Shown: piece by piece, positions 1 through 11,655 of the stretch
Position numbering within the stretch: the first letter of the stretch is position 1
How the letters are laid out: each line of letters opens with the position of its first letter
Origin: Paraspadella gotoi
Taxonomy: Eukaryota; Animalia; Chaetognatha
Assembly (NCBI GenBank): GCA_051294375.1
Contig: CM119270.1
Span: forward strand, 8,932,769-8,996,768
Length of the DNA: 64,000 nucleotides
Direction of reading: 5' to 3'
Notes under the pieces: generated by a model
Told to the model about the DNA's origin: nothing
The model's database searches: none
The model's input: the letters and a program-made list of their open reading frames with translations, nothing else
Position numbers and translations under genes: made by a program

Positions 1-76
1 TTTCATTATGGATTGATTTATATTCTGTGAAGTGTCTTGGACCTCCTTAACAAAATTAGTTATTTCTTGAAATCAG

Positions 77-3000
77 GCATTCGTCAAGATTACGAGCTTC
101 AAGACTGTCGTCCAGAATCGAGTTTGAAACACTCTTTCCCGGATTTGGATTATTTTTTCAAAGGCTATAACATTTTTGAGGGTTATCCTTTGACAGACAA
201 TGTCGACCCAGGATTCACGCATCAAATATTTAAAGTACGCTTCCATGTTAGAACTAGAAAAAAATAGAAGCCTAGAGATTTCGATAATTTTGGCATCTTA
301 CTAACATCTAGGAAATTAGAAAGAATTTAATGTTTAAGCTACGTACCAAAAAGAATTAATTACTGAGGAAGAATTTATTTTATTATAAAATTAAATAAAA
401 TTTAAACACTTAGGTTTCCTTCATTCCGGGCCGACAAACGGCCGACTGTCGGTACAGCGTCCCGGAGGGGATCGAATTGATGCCAGCTTTGGCCTGTCGG
501 ACGGACTTGGCCTCATCCGTCATCAAGACCCAATCTGAGCTCCAGTCCTCCATGGGAACTTTTCTCCAGGCTGGGGGAGGCTACGCTGGGTTCAGCTGCA
601 GTGCGAACGCGAACTACAAGCAGGCATGGCGATTTGCATTTGTAATTTTAATTGTAACTTTAACTAAAATAGCGAAAAGCCTACAAGTGAAAGTCGCGTA
701 CGAAAAAATTACATTTCCGTTTATTGTGTTCATTGATACGTAACCATCAGTAAATTTTTATTTTTCTTCCTTTGTTGCGAGACAATTTTATGATTTAAAT
801 CATGTTTCTAAAACTTGTTCAAGGTGTTAAAATTGACAGTCACTGAAATAATTTTTTCATGACATCAGGAATCGGCAATGATGTCAAGCGGTGAGATTGT
901 TATCATCCGCCAAATCGCGAAATGTAATCACTATCAGGCGAAGTTGGACGAGATTATCGGCCCGGATTTTTCTGATTCCTTTAAGGTAAGATAAATAATT
1001 ATACATTGTACCTACGTAGTGAAGCTTCGAAAAATGATCCATTTTGGTTAAAGTCATTTTCCTTTTTTTCATTTTTTTCATTATATTCATTTATTACTCG
1101 AAACATAGCAGTTCATATTTTAGCCATATGTATTGTATTGTATATATATTTTATATATCATGTTTGGTTTTGACAGAGCTATCATTCTCCATAGTACCTC
1201 ATTAAATTATATGACGTGGCTTTTAAATTGAGTATTTACTGCTCTAATGAAATTAGCGGTAGTCTGTTCGACTGACAAAAATAGAGAATGGTTCGTCTCT
1301 CAGCTTAATAAGACAGTGTAGTGGCTTAAGCATACATTATACATTTATGGATTTCTTCTTTCAATGTTTTTCTGCCTTTTTACCGCATTAAATCTATTAG
1401 CACTTGAGTTATATAGTTTTTCGTATTTTTGAATATCATTTTCGTCTTTTTGTGACCGACGGAGTTAAAAATATCATCCAATCTGCGCAGCCGAGAGTTA
1501 AAATTCGTGAAAGCCGCCTCGAGGATTTCCTGCAATAATTAACTAAATTATCTTTTTAACGTTTGAGTGGAATGTCTTTTTCCTTTTAATCTAAGCTGAT
1601 GTCTTAATTTTTCCAACAAAGTTAAACGTAACGTTTTGTACTAAAAAAAAACAAAATACGAAAATTATTGTCACCCTGTTCCGAGGATTTCTTTATGATA
1701 TTTTATAGTATATTTATAGGATTTAATAAAAAAAATATTTTAAAAATGCGTAAATCTCTAATACCGTCTTACTCCGACATTACTTTTCTTTTGTAATCGA
1801 ATATTTCGGCTTTGTGCTTCTTTTTCGGCTCAATTTGGTAAATAAGACCGTCTTCTAATCGAAAAGGAGAAAGCAAACAAAGGTAAGAAATTTGGAAAAG
1901 CAATGTTACTGGAGAAACTGACAAAACAAAGATTCTGTTTAAAGTCCGTATAATTTTGGCAAATAGTTTAAATATTTTTTATAAATTTTTTTACGCTATT
2001 CGACTATTTTAGAAAGATATGTTTAAGTTATAACTACTTTCATCGATTAAAATTGGAATATAACCCGTGAAACTTCAAGAATTTTTTTGACGTCTGGTAA
2101 ACATAATGATTTATTTCTATTAAAAAAACACAATGATTTATTTCTATGAATTAACACACAATACAGCTCAAACATAAGGATTGAAGTAAATATTATTCGG
2201 TTGTTCAGAAAAGAAAAATTCTTCTTCAGAAATCGTTCAAAATTAATATATAATTTTTTATATTGGTTGTTCGAACCCGTAACATTTTGATGTGAAAATC
2301 ATGCATGAGTAATGGTCTAATTCTACACTCCATTTCTGCTAAGCATTAGTGATTTAAAATGATCTTTTGTAACCGAGAATACTTATTTTCCTAAACACAA
2401 CCGTTAAAAACAACCGAATTATATATTACATATGGATGCCCCTACCGTACAGCCGAGTCTTATTTCTTCTCGTATTTTGTTACAGTTTGTAAATTTTAGC
2501 GTAAAAGATGGCGTCAACTACAACTCGTCTAAACTCCATCAAAGACGCGATCGGCGGATGCTTGAAAAAATCCAGAGACATCTGCTGTTGCTTCCGTAAA
2601 GAAGCTGACCCAGACAAAAGATCTCGTAAGCTGAGTAACGGCGAACTAAAAAAAACAAAATTGCAGTTGATCAGACTCGGCGGTACAGTTTGCGGGATCG
2701 AATTTTGCTACGCCGCGGAAACTGGTAAGTGGATGCGAATAATATGTAATGTAGTATTTTATTATTTTTTTCTAGTTTTATGCTGAGATTCGAGCTCTTC
2801 TCAATAATAATTAGACAGGATCAAGATTTATTAAAAAAATTTATAAGTCAAGTTTTGAAAATTTAAGGGCACAAAAGGTATTACGTACATTCACGATGAA
2901 AGGCAATTTCAAGAGTTTGGAAGTTAAAGGCTTTTATTGAAAATCCCAATAGTGAATTTATATTTAAAAATTAATCTCTAAATTAAAAATCGAGAAGAGT

Positions 3001-6000
3001 ACATTTACATCAGGAAGCCTGAAATATTAATTTCAAAGGGAAGCGTATGACTATATTTAAATTAGGCTGAATAAAACTAATTCCCATTTCCCATCCTAGC
3101 CTTCGTCAGCCCCATCCTTCTCAATCTCGGCGTCCCCGTCTACCTCATGACTCTCGTTTGGTGTCTCTCCCCGATCCTGGGCTTCTTCCTCGGGCCTCTC
3201 CTCGGATCCCTCAGCGACAACTGCCGCCTTCGATTCGGTCGTCGACGCCCCTTCATCTTCCTCTACTCTTTGGGCATCTTAACCGGTCTCCTCCTCGTGC
3301 CGCGAGGGGCGTGGCTCGGGTTTTTGTTGGGCGACGCAGATTCGTCGATCCAGTCCGCTTCCGAGGCCCTTCAAGCTTCCCAACTTCTCTCCAACACTTC
3401 GTCCACTTACTCTCCTGATCGGATTCCGATCTCGGCGCGCCCCTGGGGCACGGCTCTCACCATAATAGGAGTGATGCTGCTGGACTTTTGCTGCGACTGC
3501 TGTCAATCCCCCACCCGCTCCTACCTACTCGACGTGACCGCGTCGGAGGAGCATCAAGAGGGCCTCTCGACGTTCACCATAATGGCCGGCCTCGGCGGCG
3601 CCATCGGCTATGTCATGGGCGGAGTGGATTGGGAATCGGCAGGCATCGTCTCCCTCGGCGGCATCGACGAGCCACTTGGCGGCAACGTCTTCCTCTTCGT
3701 CTTTTTCGTTTACTTAATCTGCCTGACGGCGACGGTGACGGCGTTCAAAGAGATTCCCTTGGAGAAGATCGTCGACGGAGAGAAGAGTCCGCTCTTGAAA
3801 GACACCTTGGATGACGAGACGAAGAGAGAAACTCCGGAAATTGACGCCGGTTTGAGCCAAACGGAGATGATGACGATGGATTCTGGAATTAAGAATGCCG
3901 GCTACGGAACCGTAGAGGTCATGGATGGAGAAGCGGCGCCGGAAACAGAAGCGACGCCGGTTGACTCTGAACCGGCTTCCGGCGCCACGGAAGAAGCTCG
4001 AGGCGACGCCTCTTCCTCTTCTTCTCCCTCTCCTTCTCCCCCTGAATCTCCAATCCCAGAATTCACCCTCAAGACTTACATCCTCAGCATCTTTAACTTG
4101 CCTCGATCCCTTTTCCTCCTATGCCTGACCAACCTATTCTGTTGGATGTCGCTCGTCAGCTACAGCCTTTACTTTACCGACTTTGTCGGTCAGTCAGTCT
4201 TCGGTGGCGATCCCAACGCCCCACCGCTCTCCGACACCCGCGAGGCCTACGAGTCGGGCGTGCGGACGGGCTCCTTCGCGATGGCGCTCTACTCGATCTC
4301 TTGCTCCATCTATTCGTCGAGACTGGAGAGTTTGATCGAGAGGTTCGGAGCTCAACGACTCTACGTCGGCGGCCAGTTGGTCTACGCGACAGGGGCGTTG
4401 TTGATGGCGCTACTTCCATACAAGCCCACCATCTTTCTTCTGTCCCCGACTGCGGGGATAATGTACGGCACCCTGTTCACCATGCCCTACATCATCTTGG
4501 CCAATTACCACTCGCTTCAGGTCTTTGATGAAGGGGGCTCCTCCAAGCCGCCGCGGAAACGCGGACTCGGCACCGACGTGGCCTTGTTGTCTTCAATGGT
4601 GTTCGTAGCGCAGTTTATTCTATCGGGATTCATGGGTGCGGCCGTTCACGTGACCGGAAGCACGAGGACGGTAATGGGCGTAGCGTCGGTTTGTGCCACC
4701 GCGGGTTCGATCGCCGCTTCGAAGGTTTTGTACCTCGACTTGTAAAGTTTTACGAGGTTCGTCGGCGAACAAAACGTCAACGGGACCAAGATTAAAAATA
4801 AAGCGGAAGTGGAGTTCAAATGATTAAGATATTTTAAATATAAAACAAACATAAAAACATAAAAATTGAAAATCCTTAATAATGCGGATAGCTAAGTGAA
4901 GATACAGATTTAACTTTAATCTTTCGTCCAAAAGATTCAACTTATTTCCAATTTGAATTCAATTTGTCTAATTTTTTCACGGATTTTTCATCAAAGATTC
5001 AGGATTGTTCAATATTTAAAAAATCTTAAAAGCATAAGGATCGAGCCACCTTTCGATGGTAACCAAATATTGATGCGATGATAACCAAATATTGATGCGA
5101 TGATAACCAAATATTGACGCGATGATACCAATAATTGATGCGATGATAACAAAATGACTGATTGTGATGATAATCAAATGATTGATGCGATGATAGTCAT
5201 TCATTGATATGATGATAATCATTCATTGATACGATGATAGTCATTCATGGATGCGTTCATTCATTCATCGTAAATAAAACAAACAAATGCGTGTATGAGT
5301 GAAAGTCAAAAAACGAACGATCGTACAGAGAGAGAGAGACAGAAAGACAGAGAGAGAGAGAAAGAGGACAGAAAGAGAAAAAGAGAGACAGAAAGAGACA
5401 GAAAGAAGAGAAGCTGGAAGCCAGCTGAACAGTCACTGCAGAACCTGAACTCGTTTTTTAAGGGTTCAGAAAAAGCAGCAACTGACAAAATAGGAAAAAA
5501 AATATATATATTAATTTAAAAAAATAAAAGAAAGGCAAAAATATGTTACAATTGTTTACAATTGGAAATTTTTCCAATTTTTTCCAATTGCAGCTTGTAA
5601 AAGATTTTATTTTTATTTGTATTAAAATTAAGATATAGCTTCTATTAAAAAGTTATTTTGAGTTCCCATTTTTATTATAGATTTAAAAAAAAATTTTTTG
5701 AATTTCATCTTCAATATTATATAATGCAATATGTAAATTAGATTAAAGCATTTCTATATACTAATTTGGATATTATAATGAGTACTATAATTTATTTGCA
5801 TATTGCAGTAAATCATAATGAAGTGGAAATTCAAACAAAAAAATACTTAAATCCAAATGTAATACAAAAATATCAAAGCTATTTCAAGATGAGAAGCCAT
5901 ATCTAAATTTTTAACTTACTATGATTGCACACTTTGTAAAACTTTATCATAATTCATAATATTTTTATTTAAAAAAAAACGGTAAGTCCCAACCAAACCT

Positions 6001-8648
6001 ATAAAAGCGTGGTAGTTTTTATATAAAAATAGCGTGACGACGACGACGACGACGCCGACGACGACGACGACGTCACAAAGAAGCAAATCTAAAACATTAT
6101 AGAGCCTGAACCGGCTCGCGGTCAATGGCTGCGATAAAAAAAAGAAGTAAATTATCATGTTGCAATGATGATTGAATAATTGATTGAATGATTGAATAAT
6201 TTGAAACATTATTTAATATAATTTGTCATTTGACGGTATGATCTCGGGAATCCATTATTACTGAGGTCATTTTCTCTCTATCTCTCTCTCTCTTTTTTTC
6301 TCTCTCTTTCTCTCTCTCCCTTTTTCTCTCTTTCTCTCTCTCTGACCTCTTCCATCGGTTTCTGTGATAATTTTCTATATATTAGAACTTTCTGTATTTC
6401 AGTATTGTCATTTTATTAATCATTAGCATGTTTTTTAAAAATAGTTATAGACGTATTTAAAAGGGAAACAGATATTTTAAACAGGTTCAATAAAGAAAAT
6501 ATAATGAATCTTCTATAGTATATTTGATTTTTAAATTTCTCAGTCGTCAGTCAAACTATTATTGGAGCTAGTTTCCAACGTTTACGAACTCCAGTTATGA
6601 CTTATGTGAACCAAAAGTCGTGTTCAGGCCTACAAGTGTGTTCCTCTTACTTTATTATCCTGTATTTTTTGTATTTTATTATTTATTTCTTTTACCTATA
6701 GTAAGTAATAAATATAATAATATGTTGTGGCGGTATATTCACCCCGCCTCACGTCCACCATCATTCAGCCAATACCATTGGCTCAGAGGGTGAACACACC
6801 TTCCCAAGCGTTGTGTTCCATCCACTGTCCTAACGACTTCCTTCTGCAAAGGCCAATGGCCACAGAGGCTCAAATTATAAGCACCACCCTGCAAAATTCC
6901 CTAACTCCTCATTCGCCCCGCCAATCTAGTATACACTATACTATATAGAGTAACCGCGCCAGTGACTGGATGCGTCACTGAGGGTCGGAAGCCCCCAAAG
7001 CCAACAGTGAGATGCCCCATTCCAAAGGGCATCACAGGCAGCCCGGCTGTTGCCATAATTTACTAATATTTTTTAGTTTTTAAAGTCTTAAAATAAATTT
7101 TGAATGGTAATAATAATTTAAAAATATTTTTTTATGCTTCAGGTCTCCGTTAAGGAATTCGCCGAAAATCTCCACGATGCCAAGGAACACGCTCGAAAGT
7201 TCGTGGACTATTGGGGCACCCACTACTTCAAGAACATGATCTTCGGTGCCTCCTTCGTAAAAACGGAGGAGAGAACCGTGACCGTGCAGCAACAGAGAGA
7301 AGCCCGAGAAGCCAGCGCGAGCGTCCAGGCCAGCGGATGGGGCTTTTCCGCTGGTGCCGGGGGCAGCTCGAGCTCTTCCGAGAGTCAAATGTCTTCTCAA
7401 GCCTCAGGCAAAGTCTCCGTCGTCTCCATCGGCGCCCCTCCACCGGCCGACAACGACGGTGCGACATGGGCGGCGAGCGCCCAACGCTTCCCCGTCCCCA
7501 TCAAGTACGAGGTGGAAGTCCTCAGCGAGCTTTTTCGCGAAGACGGCTTGGGGTCATCTCTCCGCGTCTCCGCCAAGGACATGAGGATCATGAGAAAAAC
7601 GGTGGCCGCCGAATTGGAGAGTCGCAAAGTGGGCGGGAACTCTCTCGCTGTCGACGGATTCTCCGTTCCCAACTTTGAGATCGAGCACAGGGCGATTAGA
7701 GTGATAACCACCGATCTCGACATGTGTCGTCAGATTTGCGGCTCCACTCCCGAGTGCTTCATGATCAGTCATTTGAACAGAACCGAGAGCAATTGCTACT
7801 TATTCGGCAATCAGGTTCAGAATCAGCGGAAACGAGAGGGTTGGAATCAAACCACAATCGTTCTAACATCCAAGATGCGATATTATAAAGCGGACGTCCT
7901 GCTCTCGAACATAGTGATCAAAGGCAGCGATATCGGTGACGATCGAGGATCGAATCGAAACTCTCAATACCTTTGTCTGGTCGAATGCAGAAAGTCCTTC
8001 GAATGCGTCGCCTACACTTACTTCCTAAACGAAACCTGTCGGCTCTTCAGATCCTCGGCGAACGAGAGGGTGGAGCTGAAAGGGTTCGCGATGATCAAGG
8101 ACGGGCAGGAATCGGACAGGGCGGAGTCCCGCATTTTGCACAGAACCGACGACGTGAATCTCGAAGTTTTTGGATTCTTGCTTCAGATGAGAGAGTCACC
8201 ATCGTTGCCAAAGTTAGATTACGACGAGAAAATTCACGGATCCGTCCTCGAATTTCAAAAGAAGTGCAGTCAAATCTGCATGGAGGAAAGGAATTGCGTG
8301 GCCCTGAGCAAGAGCAGGAATAATTGCACCTTTCACAGCGAGGATGATTCGGTTCACGAAATGACTGGAAAGGAAAATAACTTTTTCACTGCCGAGATTC
8401 TCTTAGACAAACTGAAGATGATGAAGGAGGTGATTTCCCTGCAGAAATTTATGGTCTCCGGGTCACCGTTTCAGAATGTCAAGGCCTATTCTCCTTACGG
8501 TTGTCAAAATCATTGCAGAGCCTCGCAAAAATGCGATTTGTCAATGTACGCTCGCTCGAATGGTACGTGTTCCTTGTTCTACAGGGGAAAGGTGGTCGGT
8601 CTTAAAGCAAATGACGAAACGAACACGTACATGATTGGAAGCAATTAG
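77..8648 (+). CDS. MACPF/perforin-like protein with four C-terminal PAN/apple-like repeats (5' end, presumably a signal-peptide exon, lies upstream of the window)
   Basis: Phase-consistent exons: 77-234 (..FPDLDYFFKGYNIFEGYP..DPGFTHQIFK), 414-623 (VSFIPGRQTADCRYSVPEGIEL..GFSCSANANYKQ), 869-985 (ESAMMSSGEIVIIRQIAKCNHY..DFSDSFK) and 7143-8648. The last carries the MACPF signature FVDYWGTHYFKNMIFG, then SIGAPP..W..PVPIKY, then four C-x3-C-x5-C..C modules. About 662 aa lie in the window. Confidence 0.85.
2508..4745 (+). CDS. SLC45: SLC45-family (MFS) proton-coupled sugar transporter, 620 aa
   Basis: Exon 2508-2724 (donor G|GTAAG) joins exon 3100-4745 (acceptor CCTAG) to give CGIEFCYAAETAFVSPILL..VWCLSPILGFFLGPLLGSLSDNC..FGRRRPFI, LLDFCCDCCQSPTRSYLLD, YSLYFTDFVGQSVFGGDP and RGLGTDVA. 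These are characteristic SLC45/MATP-type motifs, with many hydrophobic helices. Confidence 0.93.
5058..5250. repeat. 22-bp minisatellite (ATTGATGCGATGATAACCAAAT), about 9 progressively diverging copies
   Basis: Direct reading of tandem units downstream of the SLC45 stop. Confidence 0.8.
5520..6142 (-). mobile_element. Non-autonomous dispersed repeat (Helentron/DINE-1-like), copy 1
   Basis: Reverse complement of 16648-17270 over ~600 bp. T-rich end, terminal hairpin and (GTC)n tract. The family assignment is inferred from this architecture. Confidence 0.7.
6723..7058. mobile_element. GC-richer dispersed repeat with short imperfect terminal inversions (TTGTGGC..GCCATAA)
   Basis: Its left ~70 bp recur inverted at 44941-45011. 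Its right ~100 bp recur inverted at 20118-20216. Confidence 0.55.
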
Positions 8649-8750
8649 GTCAATTAAAATGTTCAGATTTCCTTTCCGCCTGTAAAGAGCATAAATATAG
8701 AGCTTAAATACGGGTTTGTTTTATTTTAATTATTCGGTTTAATTTTGGTG

Positions 8751-8753
<3 letters not shown>

Positions 8754-8846
<93 letters not shown>

Positions 8847-8852
8847 CTCTCT
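8754..8852. repeat. (CT)n microsatellite; representative of many (AG/CT)n tracts (e.g. 9145-9272, 14181-14299, 31446-31538, 33056-33161, 39511-39613, 55841-55939, 60450-60563, 62172-62228)
   Basis: Direct reading. Confidence 0.95.
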
Positions 8853-9173
8853 TTCGTCCGGTTTTTTAAGCTTTGATGATTTTTTGCTATATTTCATTAC
8901 TCCATGACGATGTATCTTTTACCTATCATTATTATTTTTTGAAAACTTAGCTTTTAACCTTTCGGAATTAGTTTTAAAACGAGTGGTATATATATGAAAT
9001 ATATTTTGAGGGTATTAATGGTTTAATTTCGTTTTGAAATTAATTACGTTGATTAAAGATTCACCCTGAAGTTTATACTTTTTTTCTCTCTAGACCAACC
9101 GGTTTTGTTTCGACCGCGTCCACGTAACATTTTCGCCTGGGCGAGAGCGAGCGAGCGAGCGAGCGAGCGAGCG

Positions 9174-9276
<103 letters not shown>

Positions 9277-11655
9277 CGATCTCTCTTTTACTCTGTCCGC
9301 AGCAGCAATTATCATCGCGTCCGCAGCGACCGCTCTCAGCCGCGGAGTTTCTGTCCCCCGCAGCAGCCTTAACCCCCAGACTCGCTCCGCCAGTACATCG
9401 GAAAATCAAAAATCAGTTACGTTTTTTCTTCTCGTAGCGGAAAAAAAAGAAGAAAAGTAGAAAAGGATGAATGAAAAGAAGATAAATTAATCTGGCTCGC
9501 GAAGGGGAAGAAACAAAAAAACGGAAAAAAAACTTTTTTTTTATATTCACATTAAAAAAAAGAATCGGGCAGATTGACGACGGCGTGGAAAGAAGCATGC
9601 TCAACATAAAAAAAAAACCTCAAATGAAACTAATTAAAAATACTAACGAAACAAAAAAGGAAAACGAGGTCGAAACCGCTCTAAAAACAATGACGAAATA
9701 AAAAACAAAACAAAATAACTAAAAAGAAAACAAAATTCTCGTATATTCGATACGATGATTAACGCCGCAAATATTCCCAGATATCGTATTGACTGAAACA
9801 AGAAAATATAAAAAGAAAAAGATAAAAAGATTACGAAAGAATGTAAAATTATATTTTCTTCTCCGTTTCTTTTTTTCTTCTCACTCCTGCTAAATTCTTT
9901 TTGAACCCGGATCGAAATTTGCCACAAAATCCGACTCACTTGTTCTCCGGTTTGCGGCAAATCAAGTCTCCTGCAACTATGACGGGGGAAGGGGCCTTCA
10001 AGCCGCACAGGTGGCGGGTGATAGGGTGCGGGGGAGGCAGTGTTGGGGAAAGAGAGAGAGAAAGATAGAGAGTGAGAGAGTAATTGGCGGCGTGCTCGGT
10101 CAATCACGGATGATTCACGACTCGGAATCTGCAAAATCTTTTTTTCCTTACTCTTACTAAAAACTGCTCACAATACTAGGTACCTAATTTAACAATTAGC
10201 GAGATATTTTTATAAAATGGCCAATGCTGTAAGATGATTATTTGAGGAAAACGAATGTACGAAAAAATTATCACTCTCAACCCTAGAAAGAACAACAACT
10301 ACATTATCAACAATAACAGCTTTCGAGATCACCGCTACAGTCTTTCGCGAGATTAACTCTGCTTTCCGTATCTAAATTGATTTGCCTTCATCCGGTGTCT
10401 GCTTTCACCCTGTTTACTTTTTTCCTTAAACATCAGCATCCACCATCGAGAAACGAGAACGCGATCCCTCGTGGCAGACAGAAGATTGCTGCTACTTAAC
10501 CAATTCAAGGCCATTCTTTCTCAGACCGGTTGTGGTTCAACGTTCAATATCTAATTTTGGTTAACCAGAGAAAGAAAGAGTGAAATGAAACTTTTGATTA
10601 TTGATTAGTGATTAATTGCGAGCGTTTAAATAAACAAATCTCCGAAAATTTACTTTCTTTACTTTTTGTTGTTTCCACTTCTCATCAACGGCTTCGCTGT
10701 GAGGAAGACTTAAATGAAAGAACTCGAGAATGTTAAGCGCATTAGTAGGCCAACCTATTTAGAGAGAAATAAAGAAAAAGACCGACAGAAAGAAATATCG
10801 AGAAAATAAAAAAAAGAAATATTGAGTCGAACCATATCGTTAAAAGGCAACTCTATTCGACTTGGCGTTTTTTAATCCGAGTCATGATATTTTGATTCGA
10901 CTTAGAAATTCGATGTTTCTCGATGAGTAAACAAACGAATCATTGAAAGCAGACCGACCCCCACTCTCTCCCAAGTTTTTCTATTTTCGAAATTTTACTC
11001 AAGGCGACAAATTTTAAAAGGTTTGAATCGACTTTATACAGAGCACGTCGACCCATGTTTTAATTCGCCTCCTTAATTTTCGATCCTCCGATGCTCTTTT
11101 ATTTCAAACCATCCCGACATCGCTTTCCACTCTTCTCATCAAAACAAAAGACTACCTTCTTTTTACAATTGATTCTAAAGTAAGAAAAAAAAATGGCGTC
11201 GGTTGCAAATTGCTTTTTGATTCGGCGCGCGAAAAACAAAAGTCGCTCGGTTGAAGGGCTTTTTATGGCGACGTTGCGAGTCAAGTTCGACGAGAGGTTT
11301 TGCTGCGTTATTTTTATTTCGAACGATTTAGTCGGAAGGTCATAACTTTGAGACAAAGCATTACTGCGAGTTAACATGAAGTATTGTTGTCATTTTTTTA
11401 AAGAAATAAGAAATAGTAGGAAAGACCGAGAGAATGTTAACAAATTAAATATTCTATCCTTTATCTTATTGAACATTTATTTGTTCTCAAAATTCTATCA
11501 ATGTTCTTAATGTTTTAAATGGTTTTAATAATTTCAATTTTTGCATCATCGTTTTGCAAAAACGGTATCGTTGTCACCGTTGCGAGCTTTTACGTGAGAC
11601 GGAGAGAATTTCAACGAGGAAATCGGCGACAACAACGACGAGACACAGGACTTCA

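Noticed and set aside
3158-4852. Overlapping alternate-frame and antisense ORFs over SLC45 (likewise over 7080-8323 and 27075-30933)
   Set aside because: By-products of GC-rich codon usage in real exons; no motifs.
5058-5250. Regularly spaced repeats as a CRISPR-like array
   Set aside because: Units are contiguous without unique spacers, and the context is eukaryotic; a minisatellite.
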